Below the pieces are notes generated by a model. It was not told the DNA's origin. It worked only from the letters and a program-made list of their open reading frames with translations, and did not search any database. Shown here piece by piece: positions 42,961-55,978 of a stretch of 64,000 nt of DNA (the first letter of the stretch is position 1; each line of letters begins with the position of its first letter). Where the stretch lies: the NCBI GenBank assembly GCA_951406725.2, contig CATOCA020000001.1, forward strand, positions 6,076,001 through 6,140,000. The letters are read 5' to 3'. The position numbers and the translations under genes were made by a program. The stretch comes from Octopus vulgaris (Eukaryota).

Positions 42961-42979
42961 ATTCCAATATGGCAATATA

Positions 42980-43398
42980 AAAGAGAGAATACCAAACTCA
43001 TTCCCTATGGATACCGTATTTATTACAACGAGTGGCTTGTAAACGTATCTAACGAGCGAAAGCGAGTTAGATACGTTTACAAGCCACTCGTTGTAATAAA
43101 TACTGTATCCATAGGGAATGAGTTTGGTATTTTATTTATTACACACGAATAAACGACCATATTTTATTAACCCAATAACTAAATTCTTCACGTTTAGTTG
43201 TTACTTATGAATGACAAAAGTAGTGCCGTCACCGGGACCTCGGGTCATCACCATGAATTGACCAATCAGAAGCAGCGCTGTCACCGTTACCTCGGGTCAT
43301 CACCATGGATTGACCAATCAGAAGCAGCGCTCGTAGTATCTGACATATGTTAGATACCAAAAATATCTCAAAGTGTTCTCAATCACATGTGTGTAATA
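42980..43398. mobile_element. Non-autonomous DNA element with a 66-bp-arm hairpin and duplicated CCAAT-containing repeat
   Basis: Absent from the paralogous site at about 20780. Hairpin 42988-43131; cctcgggtcatcaccatg.attgaccaatcagaagcagcgct occurs twice; ttattacaca/tgtgtaataa inverted pair. Confidence 0.7.
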
Positions 43399-43770
43399 AT
43401 TGCAATTATCACTTTCAAACACAATAACCCAATCCCTAATGGCTTCAAGAAGACCCTAACTCATGGTCTTTTGATGGAGTAAAGACGAACCAAAAACGTT
43501 GTCATTAACTCAGCTGTTTACCCTTAACATATTTTTCTTCTTTCTTCCAATATTAAATGCTACTTGTATTTTCTTGTGTATCCATAATTACCAACCTCAG
43601 TGGATACTTTATGAAATACCAGTAATATCATTAATAGAATTTATTTTGCAGCTAACCATTCCACTGGAAATTAGGAATGTAACCTGTTCTCTTTCATCCT
43701 GACAAATGAAATAGCTCAGGTGAGTGTAAAATTTATAGAAATCAATTAGGTAGTGTAATTTTATACTCAC

Positions 43771-43842
43771 CTACTTGCCACCAATCTCTTCCTAACCTCT
43801 TAGCCACTCTCAGAAGATCTTTCTCCTTCAGCTGTGGACTCC
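43771..43842 (-). CDS. Exon E: N-terminal helices of Death domain
   Basis: Acceptor tatttcag|GGAGTC, donor AAGTAG|gtgagt; 72 nt, phase 1-1. (G)SPQLKEKDLLRVAKRLGRDWWQV matches the Death domain 'L..vA..LG.dW..L' motif. Confidence 0.88.
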
Positions 43843-44074
43843 CTGAAATAAATATTTCCAAATTTTATAATTTATACTAAATTTCTTAATCTTTATTCTT
43901 GAGGCATGCTTATCATCAATGGTCAACTGGTGACCACTATGATTTTGGTCAACCTTTTTAATCTATGTAATAGCTCAATATTTTGGTCCACAACAAAATA
44001 GATTAAACTTCTTAAACTTCGTCTCTCTATCAAGACATCCTACATAATCTAACAATGTTGTATTTATCACATTT

Positions 44075-45020
44075 AATTAGTTAGTTAGTTAGTTAGTTAG
44101 TTAATTTGGCTCAAAAGCAAATAGCAAGGTCATGTAGGGGGACATGGAGTTAAGTACAGGGTGGTGTTCATGTAAAGAGTTCAGGCCACTTGAGGTCAAG
44201 GGAGGCTTTGAACAAAGCGGTCGTCGGCATCTTCACCATCTCGTCTGGCAGCTTGTTCCACGGATCCGCAACCCGGACGGAGAAAGCTCCTCTCCTTCGA
44301 TTGAGATGAAATCGTCGCAGGTAGAGCTTTTCGGAATGACCCCGCAGCCGACGCTCTGGAGCAGGAGTGAAGAACAGCTCTTTCGAGAGGTTACACTTTC
44401 CGCTTATGATGTTGTGGGCGAGAATGAGATCACCACGGCAGCGGCGTTTTTCAAGAGAATAAAGGTCGAGCGTCCTCAGCCTTTCTTCATAGGACAAATT
44501 TTTGAGACCATGAACCATGCGGGTAGCCAGCTTCTGGACTCTTTTGAGATGCTGTATGTCTTTGAGGAGATAGGGAGAAGAGGCTTGAATCCCGTACTCC
44601 AATATGGGTCTCACCAGCGTGACATAGAGTGGTAGGAATATGGCTGCTGTGAGCATTCCGAATGACCGTCGAATCAAGAACAGAATTCCGCGTGCTTTGT
44701 TGGCAGCATGGATGCACTGGGCCGAAGGCGAAAAGGAGGAATCCACCAAGATACCCAGGTCCTTTACCTGATCGGCCCTTTCCAGCAGCAGATGACCCGG
44801 CTCGAAATCAAGTTGAGTTGCAGGAGGAGAGCCAACAGGCAGATGGCAGCACTTTGACACGTTCAGACACAGGTCCCATTCGTTAGACCACTTCCAAATT
44901 TGGTGGAGGCATCGACGAAGATCCTCTATATCACCGCGAGGAGCGACCAGTTTGATATCGTCGGCAAATAGAATGGTGTGTTGCGTGAGGTCGTCGGGCA
45001 AGTCATTTATGAAGACCATT
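44075..45020 (-). mobile_element. CR1-clade LINE, 5'-truncated, open 283-aa RT C-terminus, (CTAA)n tail
   Basis: FINDLP...LFADDIKL, KDLGI, LYVTLVRPILEY, LYSLEKRR.RGDLI, FSVRV...WNKLP; (gtta)n on + strand at 44075-44103. Confidence 0.93.
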
Positions 45021-45021
45021 T

Positions 45022-46022
45022 GATAAGACTATTTTTCTCACAGTTCTCTATTTCCCTTCTTATATCTGTACCAAACCTGTGACATGACTTCACTCACCAA
45101 CATTTTTCTCATCTTCTGCTTAATTCTAATGTCAAACAAGGTGGTTTCCAAAGACCTAACCACAAATACACGGCAGACAAATTCATGTAGGATAAACATA
45201 CACCTGACATCTTTGTTAAGGGTTGATGTTGGTAATCTTGAATCGTAACTCCGCACATCCCAGGTCACAAGAACATCATCTGATTCAGGAAATATTTTAA
45301 GACTCCTTAATAAAGAAGTTCTTTAAAACCCTTTATTCCCCAAAAGTTTTGGCTTATCTATTGCTCATAAGATGTCTTCTTTTTGTGCTATTATCTCGAT
45401 GCCTCTACTCTTGTGGAACAATGAGGTAGTGTACCATCACCCTAAACAGTTTCTCTTTAACCTTTGACATGCTTTCTTCTGCTACTTTGAATTTCACTTA
45501 TTTCTGCTGAGCTTTGGCCAATGACGGCAACATTTATTTGCCTTCAACCCTATTCTTGACCAACTAATTAATTAATACAGTCTATTCAGAACTATTTGCA
45601 TATCCTTTTGCTCTGTTGTTTGTGTTGTTATGTCATCCATTAATGTCGTCTTAGGGGACTTCACTCGAGTTATTTCTTCTGATCAATCTGCTGATCTAAT
45701 AAACATTTCCATAACAAGTACAAACAAAATGACTGATATTGTGCAACCCACGGCAATTCCAGTCTCAAGACGATGCGAGTCTGTTGTGAAATATTCTGTC
45801 CTGAAGCGCATTTTGAAATTATTACAGCAACTCTTCATTAGATTCTTAATCTTTTCTCGTATATAAAAGACGTCCGTTGTTTTCAGCAACAATTCGTGTA
45901 GTACAGAACGATAAGCATTAACCTGATCAAGCCATACAACATTCAAATCGCTTTTGTTCTTCTTTGTATCTTGTATCGCATCCCAGATTCAAAATGCAAG
46001 TTCCACACATTCAGGGATTCCT
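45022..46022 (-). mobile_element. Hero-like (R2-group) LINE relic
   Basis: NVVWLDQVNAYRSVLH...FTTDSHRLETGIAVGCTISVILFVLVMEM (RT) and EFVCRVFVVRSL (cf. EVGCRGF); paralogous piece at about 47455-47610. Confidence 0.75.
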
Positions 46023-46029
46023 GTCTTCT

Positions 46030-46435
46030 CTCTTTTACTCTTTACTCTTTTATTTGTTTCAGTGAGCTGACTGTGGCCATGCTGGAGCACCGACTTTAGT
46101 CGAGCATATCGATCCCAGGACTTATTCTTTGTAAGCCTGGTACTTATTCTATTGGTCTCTTTTCTCGAACAAATAAGATACGGGGACGTAAACAAACCAG
46201 CATCGGTTGTCAAGTGATGTTGGGGGAACAAACACAGACACACAAACATATACACATACATATATATATATACATATATGCGACGAGTTTATTTCTGTTT
46301 CCGTCTACCAAATCCACTCACAAGGCCTTGGTCGGCCCGAGGCTATAGTAGAAGACATTTGTCCAAGGTGCCACGCAGTGGGACTGAACCCGGAACCACG
46401 TGGTCGGTAAGCAAGCTACTTACCACACAGACACT
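46030..46435 (-). mobile_element. Family A SINE
   Basis: Reverse-complement match to family A. Confidence 0.9.
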
Positions 46436-47130
46436 CTTTAATAGAATTACTTTACAGTTAAACTTTCAAAAATGCAATTTGTTACATTATTGAGAGACAT
46501 TCCTTCCCGGCAATGATCAATTGGTAACCATTATGATTTTGGTCCACATTTTTCTAGTTTCTGTTCACCTGTTTACCCCTAAACAACAACATATCTTAGT
46601 TCTTGGTTCCAAAAGACAATATTAACTCTATTGTGTTTTCTAATTTATCCATTTTTCCATCCATGGCAACAAAGATTTTATGAAATTTCAGCGATATATT
46701 TCATCGACTCCTTTTGCAGCTAACATTTCAAATGGAGATTAGAGATGGGCCCTGTTCTCAGTCCTTCTGACAAACAAAACAGCTCAGGGAGTGGAAAATT
46801 TATAGGAATCAGTTAGGTACATTGATTTCTATAAATTTTTCCATCGCTTGTGTTTTATGGAAACGAATTGGTCATAGCAAGTGGAGGCGCACGGCTTAAT
46901 GGTTAGGGTATTTGACTCATGATTGTAAGATTGGGGTTTCGATTCCTTCACCAGGCAATACGTTGCGTTCTTGAGCAAAACACTTCCGTCCACTCAGCTG
47001 GCAAAAATAAGTAATCTTACAGCGAATTAGTGTCCTGTTCAGGGAGGAATGTATACGCTAGAGAAACCGGGAAACCAACCCTATGCCTCTTATGGGATAA
47101 CATAATTAGGTACAGTTATTTCATACTCAC

Positions 47131-47181
47131 CAACTGGTCCTGCCACCATCTGGACTTCCATATTTGACGAATTTGGACCAA
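47131..47181 (-). CDS. Exon D: 51-nt linker exon
   Basis: Acceptor atttttcag|TTGGTC, donor CAGTTG|gtgagt; phase 1-1, open (V)GPNSSNMEVQMVAGPV. It is symmetric and could be skipped. Confidence 0.7.
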
Positions 47182-47791
47182 CTGAAAAATACATTTCAAA
47201 GTGGTTTTAGTAAAATTTCTTTATCCTTTCTAATAATCGATATTTTATTATTGTGAGACATTCGTGTCATCACTGATGACAACATGCTTTTGGAGAACAT
47301 TTGTATGCTTTCTACAGTGGGGCCAAGTAATGGTTCACTATTTGAGTCCACAACAGAATAGACTACACTTAACAACCCTTCTCTGTCTCTTAAGTCATCC
47401 AACAATTCTAACAATTCTGAAATTATCTCATTTAATTATCCCCTAATAACCGATTTTCTCTTAGCTTCGTTTTGGTTTTCTTATATTTGTGCCAGATCTA
47501 TGACAAGACATCTCTAATCAACATTCGTCTCATCTTCTGCTTAAATCCAGTGTCAACCAAGTTGAGCATCGAAGTCCTAGCCTCAAACGCGACACACCAC
47601 TTCCAGACGGATATATATCTATATCTATCTATTTGTTTTGCAAGATTTTTGATGTGAAATCCTGTGTTGAAACAGATATTGTTGTGTTTAGGAATGGTCA
47701 TTTTGCCAGTTTAGCCAATAAAAACACACGCACTATATATTTAGTGTTACTTTGCTTCAGCATTATTTATTTTTTACTTTAATCTTATTTC

Positions 47792-47836
47792 GGCCAGAGT
47801 TCTTTCGTCACACTTCTGTGACCTCATCAGTGGTCC
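47792..47836 (-). ncRNA. Minimal type I hammerhead motif, canonical core, intronic and sense to host gene
   Basis: ggacca|CTGATGA|g|gtcaca-gaag-tgtgac|GAA|AGAACT|C|tggcc; CUC cleavage triplet, 6-bp stem II. Confidence 0.7.
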
Positions 47837-47906
47837 TTTGCTTTCTTCTTTCTTATTTGTGTGTCTCTCCTTACTAACCATCAGCCCTTTTGTATTTTGT
47901 ATTCCT

Positions 47907-50900
47907 AGATGAGAGGCTTGGAGACGCCACTATGAAAGGTTGCTGAATGAGGAAAATGAATGGGATAAAGAGAGTCTGCCGAATGTCGACCCAACAGAGG
48001 GACCAGCAATCCAAGTTAACAGTTCCTTAGTAGATAAGGCAATTAGAAGCATGAAAACAGGGAAAGCCCCAGGCCCATCAGGAATTACTGCAGAGATGCT
48101 CAAAATATCTGGTAGTGTCAGCTATAGCTTAGTCACCCGTATAGTTAACCAGGTGATACACGAAGGAGTCATACCCAATGACTGGTGTAGCAGCATAATA
48201 GTCAACTGCTACAAAGGTAAAGGCGACGCCCTAGATACAAATAACTACAGGGGCATCAAGCTGCTGGATCAGGTAATGAAGGTTACGGAGAGGGTTATAG
48301 CCCAATTAATTAGAGAGAGAGTTAGCTTAGGTGATATGCAGTTTGGGTTCGTGCCAGGGAAAAGTACTACTGATGCTATATTCCTGGTAAGACAGCTGCA
48401 GGAGAAATACCTAGCCAAAGATAAACCCTTGTACCTGGCTTTTGTTGACTTGGAGAAAGCCTTTGACAGGGTCCCCCGATCCCTTATCTGGTGGTCAATG
48501 AGGAAACTAGGGATAGATGAATGGTTAGTGAGAGCTGTGCAAGCCATGTACAGAGACGCTGCTAGTAAGGTGAGGGTTGGCAACGAGTACAGTGAAGAAT
48601 TCCGGGTAGAGGTTGGGGTCCACCAAGGTTCAGTCCTCAGTCCCCTCCTATTTATCATAGTCCTCCAGGCAATAACGGAGGAATTCAAGACAGGATGCCC
48701 CTGGGAGCTCCTCTATGCTGATGACCTTGCTCTAATTGCTGAGTCACTATAAGAACTGGAGGAGAAGTTTCAGGTGTGGAAACAAGGATTAGAATCGAAG
48801 GGCCTTAGAATCAACCTAGCCAAAACCAAAGTCCTAATAAGTAGGAAGGTAGATCAATCACAAACGCCTTCAGGTAGATGGCCCTGCTCGATCTGTAAAA
48901 AAGGTGTAGGTAGAAACTCTATAAGATGCACCAAGTGTAAGCTATGGACACATAAGAGGTGCAGCAATGTCAAAGGAAGGCTAACTAGGAAAATAGTTTT
49001 TGTCTGTGGCAGATGCTCAGGAGCAATAAACACTGGAAATGTGCAGAGACCAACTTCTACCACGTTCCAGGGAGACAAACTAGAAGTAGTTGATAGCTTC
49101 CGCTACCTAGGAGACCAAGTCAGTAGCGGGGGTGGGTGTGCTGAAAGTGTAACTGTTAGAGTAAGAATAGCCTGGGCAAAGTTTAGAGAGCTCTTACCCC
49201 TGCTGGTGACAAAAGGCCTCTCGCTCAGAGTAAAAGGCAGACTGTATGATGCATGTGTACGTACAGCCATGCTACATGGTAGTGAAACATAGGCCGTGAC
49301 TGCTGAGGATATGCGTAAGCTCGCAAGAAATGAAGCCAGTATGCTCCGATGGATGTGTAATGTCAGTGATCATAATCGTCAGAGTGTAAGTTCCTTGAGA
49401 GAAAAGTTGAACCTAAGAAGCGTCAGTTGTGGTGTGCAAGAGAGACGGCTGCGCTGGTATGGTCATGTGACGAGAATGGCTGAAGATAGTTGTGTGCAAA
49501 AGTGCTACACCCTAGCATTTGAGGGAACCTGTGGAAGAGGTAGACCCAGGAAAACCTGGGACGAGGTGGTGAAGCACGACCTTCGAACTTTAGGTCTCAC
49601 TAAGGAAATGACTAGAGACCGAGACCTATGGAAGTATGCTGTGCGTGAGAAGACCCGGCAAGACTAGTCAGGCCATAACCCGTGGCCCCTACCTGGGACG
49701 TAGTCAGTCCACCTGTGCATACCTTCCTTCTTGTGACACTTATGAAGACCTGTTGAGGCAAGTGAAAATCAAATCAAAACAAATCAAAATAGATGAACAT
49801 CAATGGAATTGTATCTTTGTGGTACCAGTGCCGGTGGCACACAAGAAAACCATCCGAACGTGGCCGTAGCCAGTACCGCATCGACTGGCCTCCGTGCTGT
49901 GGGCACAACAAACACCATCCGATCGTGGCCGTTCGCCAGCCTCAGCCAGTACCGCATCGACTGGCCTCCGTGCTGTGGGCACAACAAACACCATCCGATC
50001 GTGGCCGTTCGCCAGCCTCATCTGGCACCTGTGTCGGTGGCACATAAAAACACCATCCGAAGACCCGGCGACGTAGTCAGTCCACCTGTGCATACCTTCC
50101 TTCTTATGACACTTGTGAAGACCTGTTGAGGCAAGTGTGTGACACTTGTGAAGACCTGTTGAGGCAGAGGCAAGTGTGTGACACTTTGTGAAGACCTGTT
50201 GAGGCAGAGGCAAGTGTGTGACACTTGTGAAGACCTGTTGAGGCAAGTGAAAATCAAACCAAATCAAAATAGATGAACATCAATGGAATTTGTATCTTTG
50301 TGGTACCAGTGCCGGTGGCACACAAGAAAACCATCCGAACGTGGCCGTAGCCAGTACCGCATCGACTGGCCTCTGTGCTGTGGGCACATAACAAACACCA
50401 TCCGATCGTGGCCGTTCGCCAGCCTCATCTGGCACCTATGTCGGTGGCACATAACACCATCCGAAGACCCGGCAAGACTAGTCAGGCCATAACCCGTGGC
50501 CCCTACCTGGGACGTAGTCAGTCCACCTGTGCATACCTTCCTTCTTGTGACACTTGTGAAGACCTGTTGAGGCAAGTGAAAATCAACAAATGGAATTGTA
50601 TCTTTGTGGTACCAGTGCCGGTGGCACACAAGAAAACCATCCGAACGTGGCCGTAGCCAGTACCGCATCGACTGGCCTCCGTGCTGTGGGCACATAACAA
50701 ACACCATCCGACGTGGCCGTTCGCCAGCCTCATCTGGCACCTGTCCGAAGACCCGACAAGACTAGTCAGGCCCATAGGCCCGTGGCCCCTACCTGGGACG
50801 TAGGCAGTCCACCTGTGCATACCTTCCTTCTTATGACACTTGTGAAGACCTGTTGAAGCAAGTGATAATCAAATCAAATGACACTTGTGAAGACCTGTTG

Positions 50901-51828
50901 AGGCAAGTGATAATCAAATCAAATCAAAACAAATCAAAATAGATGAACATCAATGGAATTTGTATCATTGTGGTACCAATGCCGGTGGCACACAAAAAAA
51001 CCATCCGAACGTGGCGGTAGCCAGTACCACATCGACTGGCCTCCGTGCTGTGGGCACGTAACAAACACCATCCGATCGTGGCCGTTCGCCAGCCTCATCT
51101 GGCACCTGTGTTGGTGGCACATAAAAACACCATCCAAAGACCCGGCAAGACTAGTCAGGCCATAACCCGTGGCCCCTACCTGGGACGTAGTCAGTCCACC
51201 TGTGCATACCTTCCTTCTTATGACACTTGTAAAGACCTGTTGAGGCAAGTGTGTGACACTTGTGAAGACCTGTTGAGGCAGAGGCAAGTGTGTGACATTT
51301 GTGAAGACCTGTTGAGGCAAGTGAAAATCAAACCAAATCAAAATAGATGAACATCAATGGAATTTGTATCTTTGTGGTACCAGTGCCGGTGGCACACAAG
51401 AAAACCATCCGAACGTGGCCGTAGCCAGTACCGCATCGACTGGCCTCCGTGCTGTGGGCACGTAACAAACACCATCCGATCGTGGCCGTTCGCCAGCCTC
51501 ATCTGGCACTTGTGTCGGTGGCACATAAAAACACCATCCGAGCGTGGCCGTCTGCCAGCCTCGTCTGGCACCTGTGTCGGTGGCACATAAAAAACACCAT
51601 CCAAGCGTGGCCGTTCGCCAGCCTCGTCTGGCACCTGTGTCGGTGGCACATAAAATCACCCACTACACTCTCGGAGTGGTTGGCGTTAGGAAGGGCATCC
51701 AGCTGTAGAAACACTGCCAGATCTGACTGGCCTGGTTCAGCCTTCGGGCTCCCCAGACCCCAGTTGAACCATCCAACCCATGCTAGCATGGAAAGCGGAC
51801 GTTAAATGATGATGATGATGATGATGAT
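47907..51828 (+). mobile_element. RTE-clade LINE, 5'-truncated, with amplified 3' UTR and (ATG)n tail
   Basis: MKTGKAPGPSGITAEML, NYRGIKLL, QFGF.PGKSTTDAIF, FVDLEKAFDRV, GVHQGSVLSP, LYADD, FRYLG, RRLRWYGHV, GRGRPRKTW. Only two in-frame stops (about 48750 and 49290); ORF ends 49667; tail gatgatgatg. Confidence 0.95.
49648..51655 (+). repeat. Nested tandem array of the RTE ORF end/3' UTR (~5 units)
   Basis: aagacccg(g)caagactagtcagg-type starts at about 49648, 50059, 50463, 50747 and 51137; internal sub-repeats gacacttgtgaagacctgttgaggca and tggcacataaaaacaccatccga. Confidence 0.92.
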
Positions 51829-52175
51829 TGTACGTGTCCTCATTTGTGCATGCGTATGCCTCTATGTGTGTCTATGTTTAGTTAGTGTGCGTGGGGGGGG
51901 GGGGTGAAGTGCCTGTAATATTTGTATCTCCTGTTTATATACGTACGTGTAATTTGTTTTTGTTTTTGGCCGAAATAAGATTAAGATTAATGTAAAAAAT
52001 AAATAAGACTGAAGCAAAGTAACACCAAATATATAGTGCGTGTGTTTTTATTGGCTAAACTGGCAAAATGACCATTCCCAAATACAACAATATATCTATC
52101 TATCTATCTCTCTCTCTCTATATATATATAGATAGATATATATGTATATACACACACACACACATACACACACAC

Positions 52176-52228
<53 letters not shown>

Positions 52229-53044
52229 CACCTGCTCTCTTTGTTATTGGTTACTACTAGTAATCTTTAATCTTAATTACCCACATCACCGTTCTCCAGA
52301 ATGTAATCAGATGTGGGGAAATATCTGAAGATATTTCAATGTCATTCATCCTCCTGAATAAAGCAGGTCGAACAGAAAGTGACATCAGGTCTAACAGGAA
52401 GTGATATCTCGTGTCCTAAATTAACACACTGCATTCACACAAAACCTCATTAACGACATATAACTTGTCGTCCACACATTACTGCTGTGAAAATATTTGA
52501 AACGGTTCAGAAGAACTGATACTCGGGAATACTAATCTATACATCAATCAAAGTTTCCCACCCTTTTGATGTCCCCTCTCTAATGTTGGTCCCTAAACCC
52601 TCAGTTGAGATTTTCTTATTGAGTCTCCTATTTTATAAAGGCTCACTCTGATATTCATATAAATGCAGTTGTTTTTAATTATCGGCTTCCGAAGATATTG
52701 ATAAATCATTAATCACTCTAATCACACACAAGATGTCGGTATTTACTGATAGAACCTTGGTGATTTATTGATATTTAGTCAACATTTATAATTCAGTATT
52801 CTTTATTATTTTTATGTTGCAGAAAGCAACCATCTTGAAGAGTGACAAGTCTTCTAATTGGACAAGAACAATGTTTAGTGGGAGTAGTGAGAGACATAAT
52901 ATGACAGTGAAAAGACACCTGGAACATCTTTTATCAAAAGTGTGCTTGATTAAGTCAGAACTGGATCTACACAACAACATGAAATACAATATTCCACACC
53001 ATAAAACTCATGAGACAAACAGACAGATCATAGAGTATTATTAC

Positions 53045-53187
53045 CCAAACTATTTTTGCTCGTTATCTTCTGTCCACACGTAGGGCATCGTTTAGGTATC
53101 TTTTGGGGACAGCATTTCTTACACAGCGAAAGATGTTTACATGGAAAGAACGTCTCTGTGGCCACTTCGTCTTCACAAAACACACAT
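53045..53187 (-). CDS. Exon C: C3HC4 RING finger
   Basis: Acceptor gttcctcag|ATGTGT, donor TTTGG|gtaata; 143 nt, phase 2-1. CVFCEDEVATETFFPCKHLSLCKKCCPQKIPKRCPTCGQKI fits the MIB/IAP-type RING pattern CxxC...PCxH...CxxC...CPxC. Confidence 0.92.
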
Positions 53188-53510
53188 CTGAGGAACAAAA
53201 ACATGAACACATCCCATTAATAACATTCATTTATAACAAATATTACATTGTGTGCGTATTTACAGTAGAGAATATTATGCGACACCACAATTAAACAATT
53301 ACATATGGGCGAATTTGTGAGTATATAAATGCAGACACAGAAACACAGACACACAGACACAGGCACACACACACACACACACACATACATACATATATAT
53401 ATATATATAAATGGACACAAATATTAATAAGTATATGTCATGACATTGATACATCACAAAAACTGATTTACGCAAAGTGAACAACATATATTCCAGAAAT
53501 ATAATTCACT

Positions 53511-53860
<350 letters not shown>

Positions 53861-55358
53861 CACGGGGGGAAATAAATATTCGTAATGTCAAAATTCTTTA
53901 TTTATTTAATTTCTAATGAACATAAATGGGATATACCACTATTATATATTCACATACACATGCATAAACTAAGAATATGCAAAAGAAACTAATAAATTAT
54001 AGTAACTAAGGAATTTATATACAATTATAAATATTTAGGGGTGAAAAAAGTATTCGTACAGAATATAAACAACAGATAATTTTGATTTAATACTTCGTAG
54101 CATAACCATTATTCAGTTCCACTTCAACCAATCTCTTCTTGTAGTTCTTCACCAATGACTCGCATGTTTCTTTAGGAATTTTTTCCTATTCTTCTTGACA
54201 AATTTTCTTCAAATCTGTAATGCATGTTGGGGCTCTTGAATTTCAGTTTTCAAATAACGCCACAAATTTTCAATGGGGCTCAAGTCAGGTGACAGGCTTG
54301 GCCATTACAATAATTTTATATTGTGATTTACAATCCATATTTGGTAGACTTCACCGTGTGCTTAGGGCCGTTACCCTGTTGTAAAACCCACCCTTCACAA
54401 AGCTGGAGCTTTTCAACAGAGTCCCATAAATTATTGTTCAAAATATTTTGGTACATCTCTGCATTCATTCTACCATCTATCACATGTAAATTGCCAGTAC
54501 CATTTGCAGAGAAACACCCCCACACCTCCAATCTTTACGGTAGGAATTGTGTTTTTACTCCAAACATGGGTAAGCGAATTTCGTCCAAACAATTCAATTT
54601 TCGTCTCGTCTGTCCATAGAACATTTTCCCAGAATGTATCAGATTTATCTTTATGTTCATAACAAATTTTAAACGGGCATCTCTATGCCTTTTAGTCAAC
54701 AGAGGAGTTTTTCTAGGAGAGCGTGACTTCAGTTCATTCCTATGAAAATTCCTTTCTGGTGATTATTGCGTTTTTTTATATTCTTCTCTTCATTTTTCTT
54801 AAAGATCTTGGGGAAATCTTGCGTGGTGCTCCGGATCTTATTCTGTTTTCAACAGTTCCCGATTCTTTATATCTAATAAATGAAGATATGGTAGTAAGCG
54901 GAATACAAAGTGTCTCTGATATTTTCCTGTAACTTTTACCTACTTTCTACAGTTCAATAATTAAGTTTTTCACTGAATTTGTGAGTTCTTTACTTTTCGC
55001 CATTATTGCGATATTACTTTATGTTGTCTCAGTGCTGAATGAAGAAGCTAGTGTTTTGACACTCAAAAATGAAAATTGATAAGATTATTGGAATAAACAA
55101 GAAATTTCTAGTAAAAAAATATTTTAACAGTATTTTGTGGCATAGAAAATCATACATTTATTCTTTACGAATACTTTTTTCACCCCTAAATATTTATGAT
55201 TGCATATAAATTCCTTAGTTACTATAATTTATTAGTTTCTTTTGCATATTCTTAGTTTATGCATGTGTATGTGAATATAGTATTGGTATATCCCATTTAT
55301 GTTCATTAGAAATTAAATAAAGAATTTTGACAGACGAATATTTATTTCCTCCCCACAG
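53861..55358 (-). mobile_element. Tc1-family transposon with ~200-bp TIRs, decayed transposase (about 54087-55003)
   Basis: TIRs about 53861-54058 and 55166-55358 in TA context; MAKSKEL...GKSYRKIS, WTDETKIELFG, VWGCFSANGTGNL, QQGNGPKHT, WPSLSPDLSPIENLW. Confidence 0.93.
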
Positions 55359-55372
55359 TATATATATATATA

Positions 55373-55429
<57 letters not shown>

Positions 55430-55435
55430 ATATAT

Positions 55436-55472
<37 letters not shown>

Positions 55473-55978
55473 ATGTATGCATGTATAAATACGTATGCAT
55501 GTATGTATAAATACGTATGTATGTATGTATCCGTGTATGTACACTCATTGTATGTGTTTGTAGGCGATTTTCTCAGGATAGCTCACATGGACATGACTGG
55601 CTGGGACAGAGAAGACAGAGGAATAATCTGTTGGTAGAGAGATAAATTCCATCACTTCACTATTTACTTCTACATTTTCTCATTGGTCCCAAATCTTTAA
55701 AATAGGGAATTGAGAGGGGTGGGTGGGGATTTTAGGAGAGGTATAACAGTCAACACAACCAATCATTTGAATGTAATCAAAATAGTGTTCTTTCTTTAAT
55801 TAGCTTAACAACTGCATATTTTTTATTGTTCTTCTTACTGCTGTTGTCTAACCTTTCCTTAAGCCACTAAGACAGTATAATGTATCAGTAGAATTAAAAC
55901 AATATAAACATATAAACATGGTTATATACAAAACAGAAAATGTAATGGTTTATCTTGTCATTGCCAGTGAATACTTAC

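Noticed and set aside
49636-51805. Regularly repeated sequence resembling a CRISPR array, with repeated short ORFs
   Set aside because: The 'spacers' are themselves repeated, there are no cas genes, and the context is eukaryotic; it is the RTE 3' UTR array.
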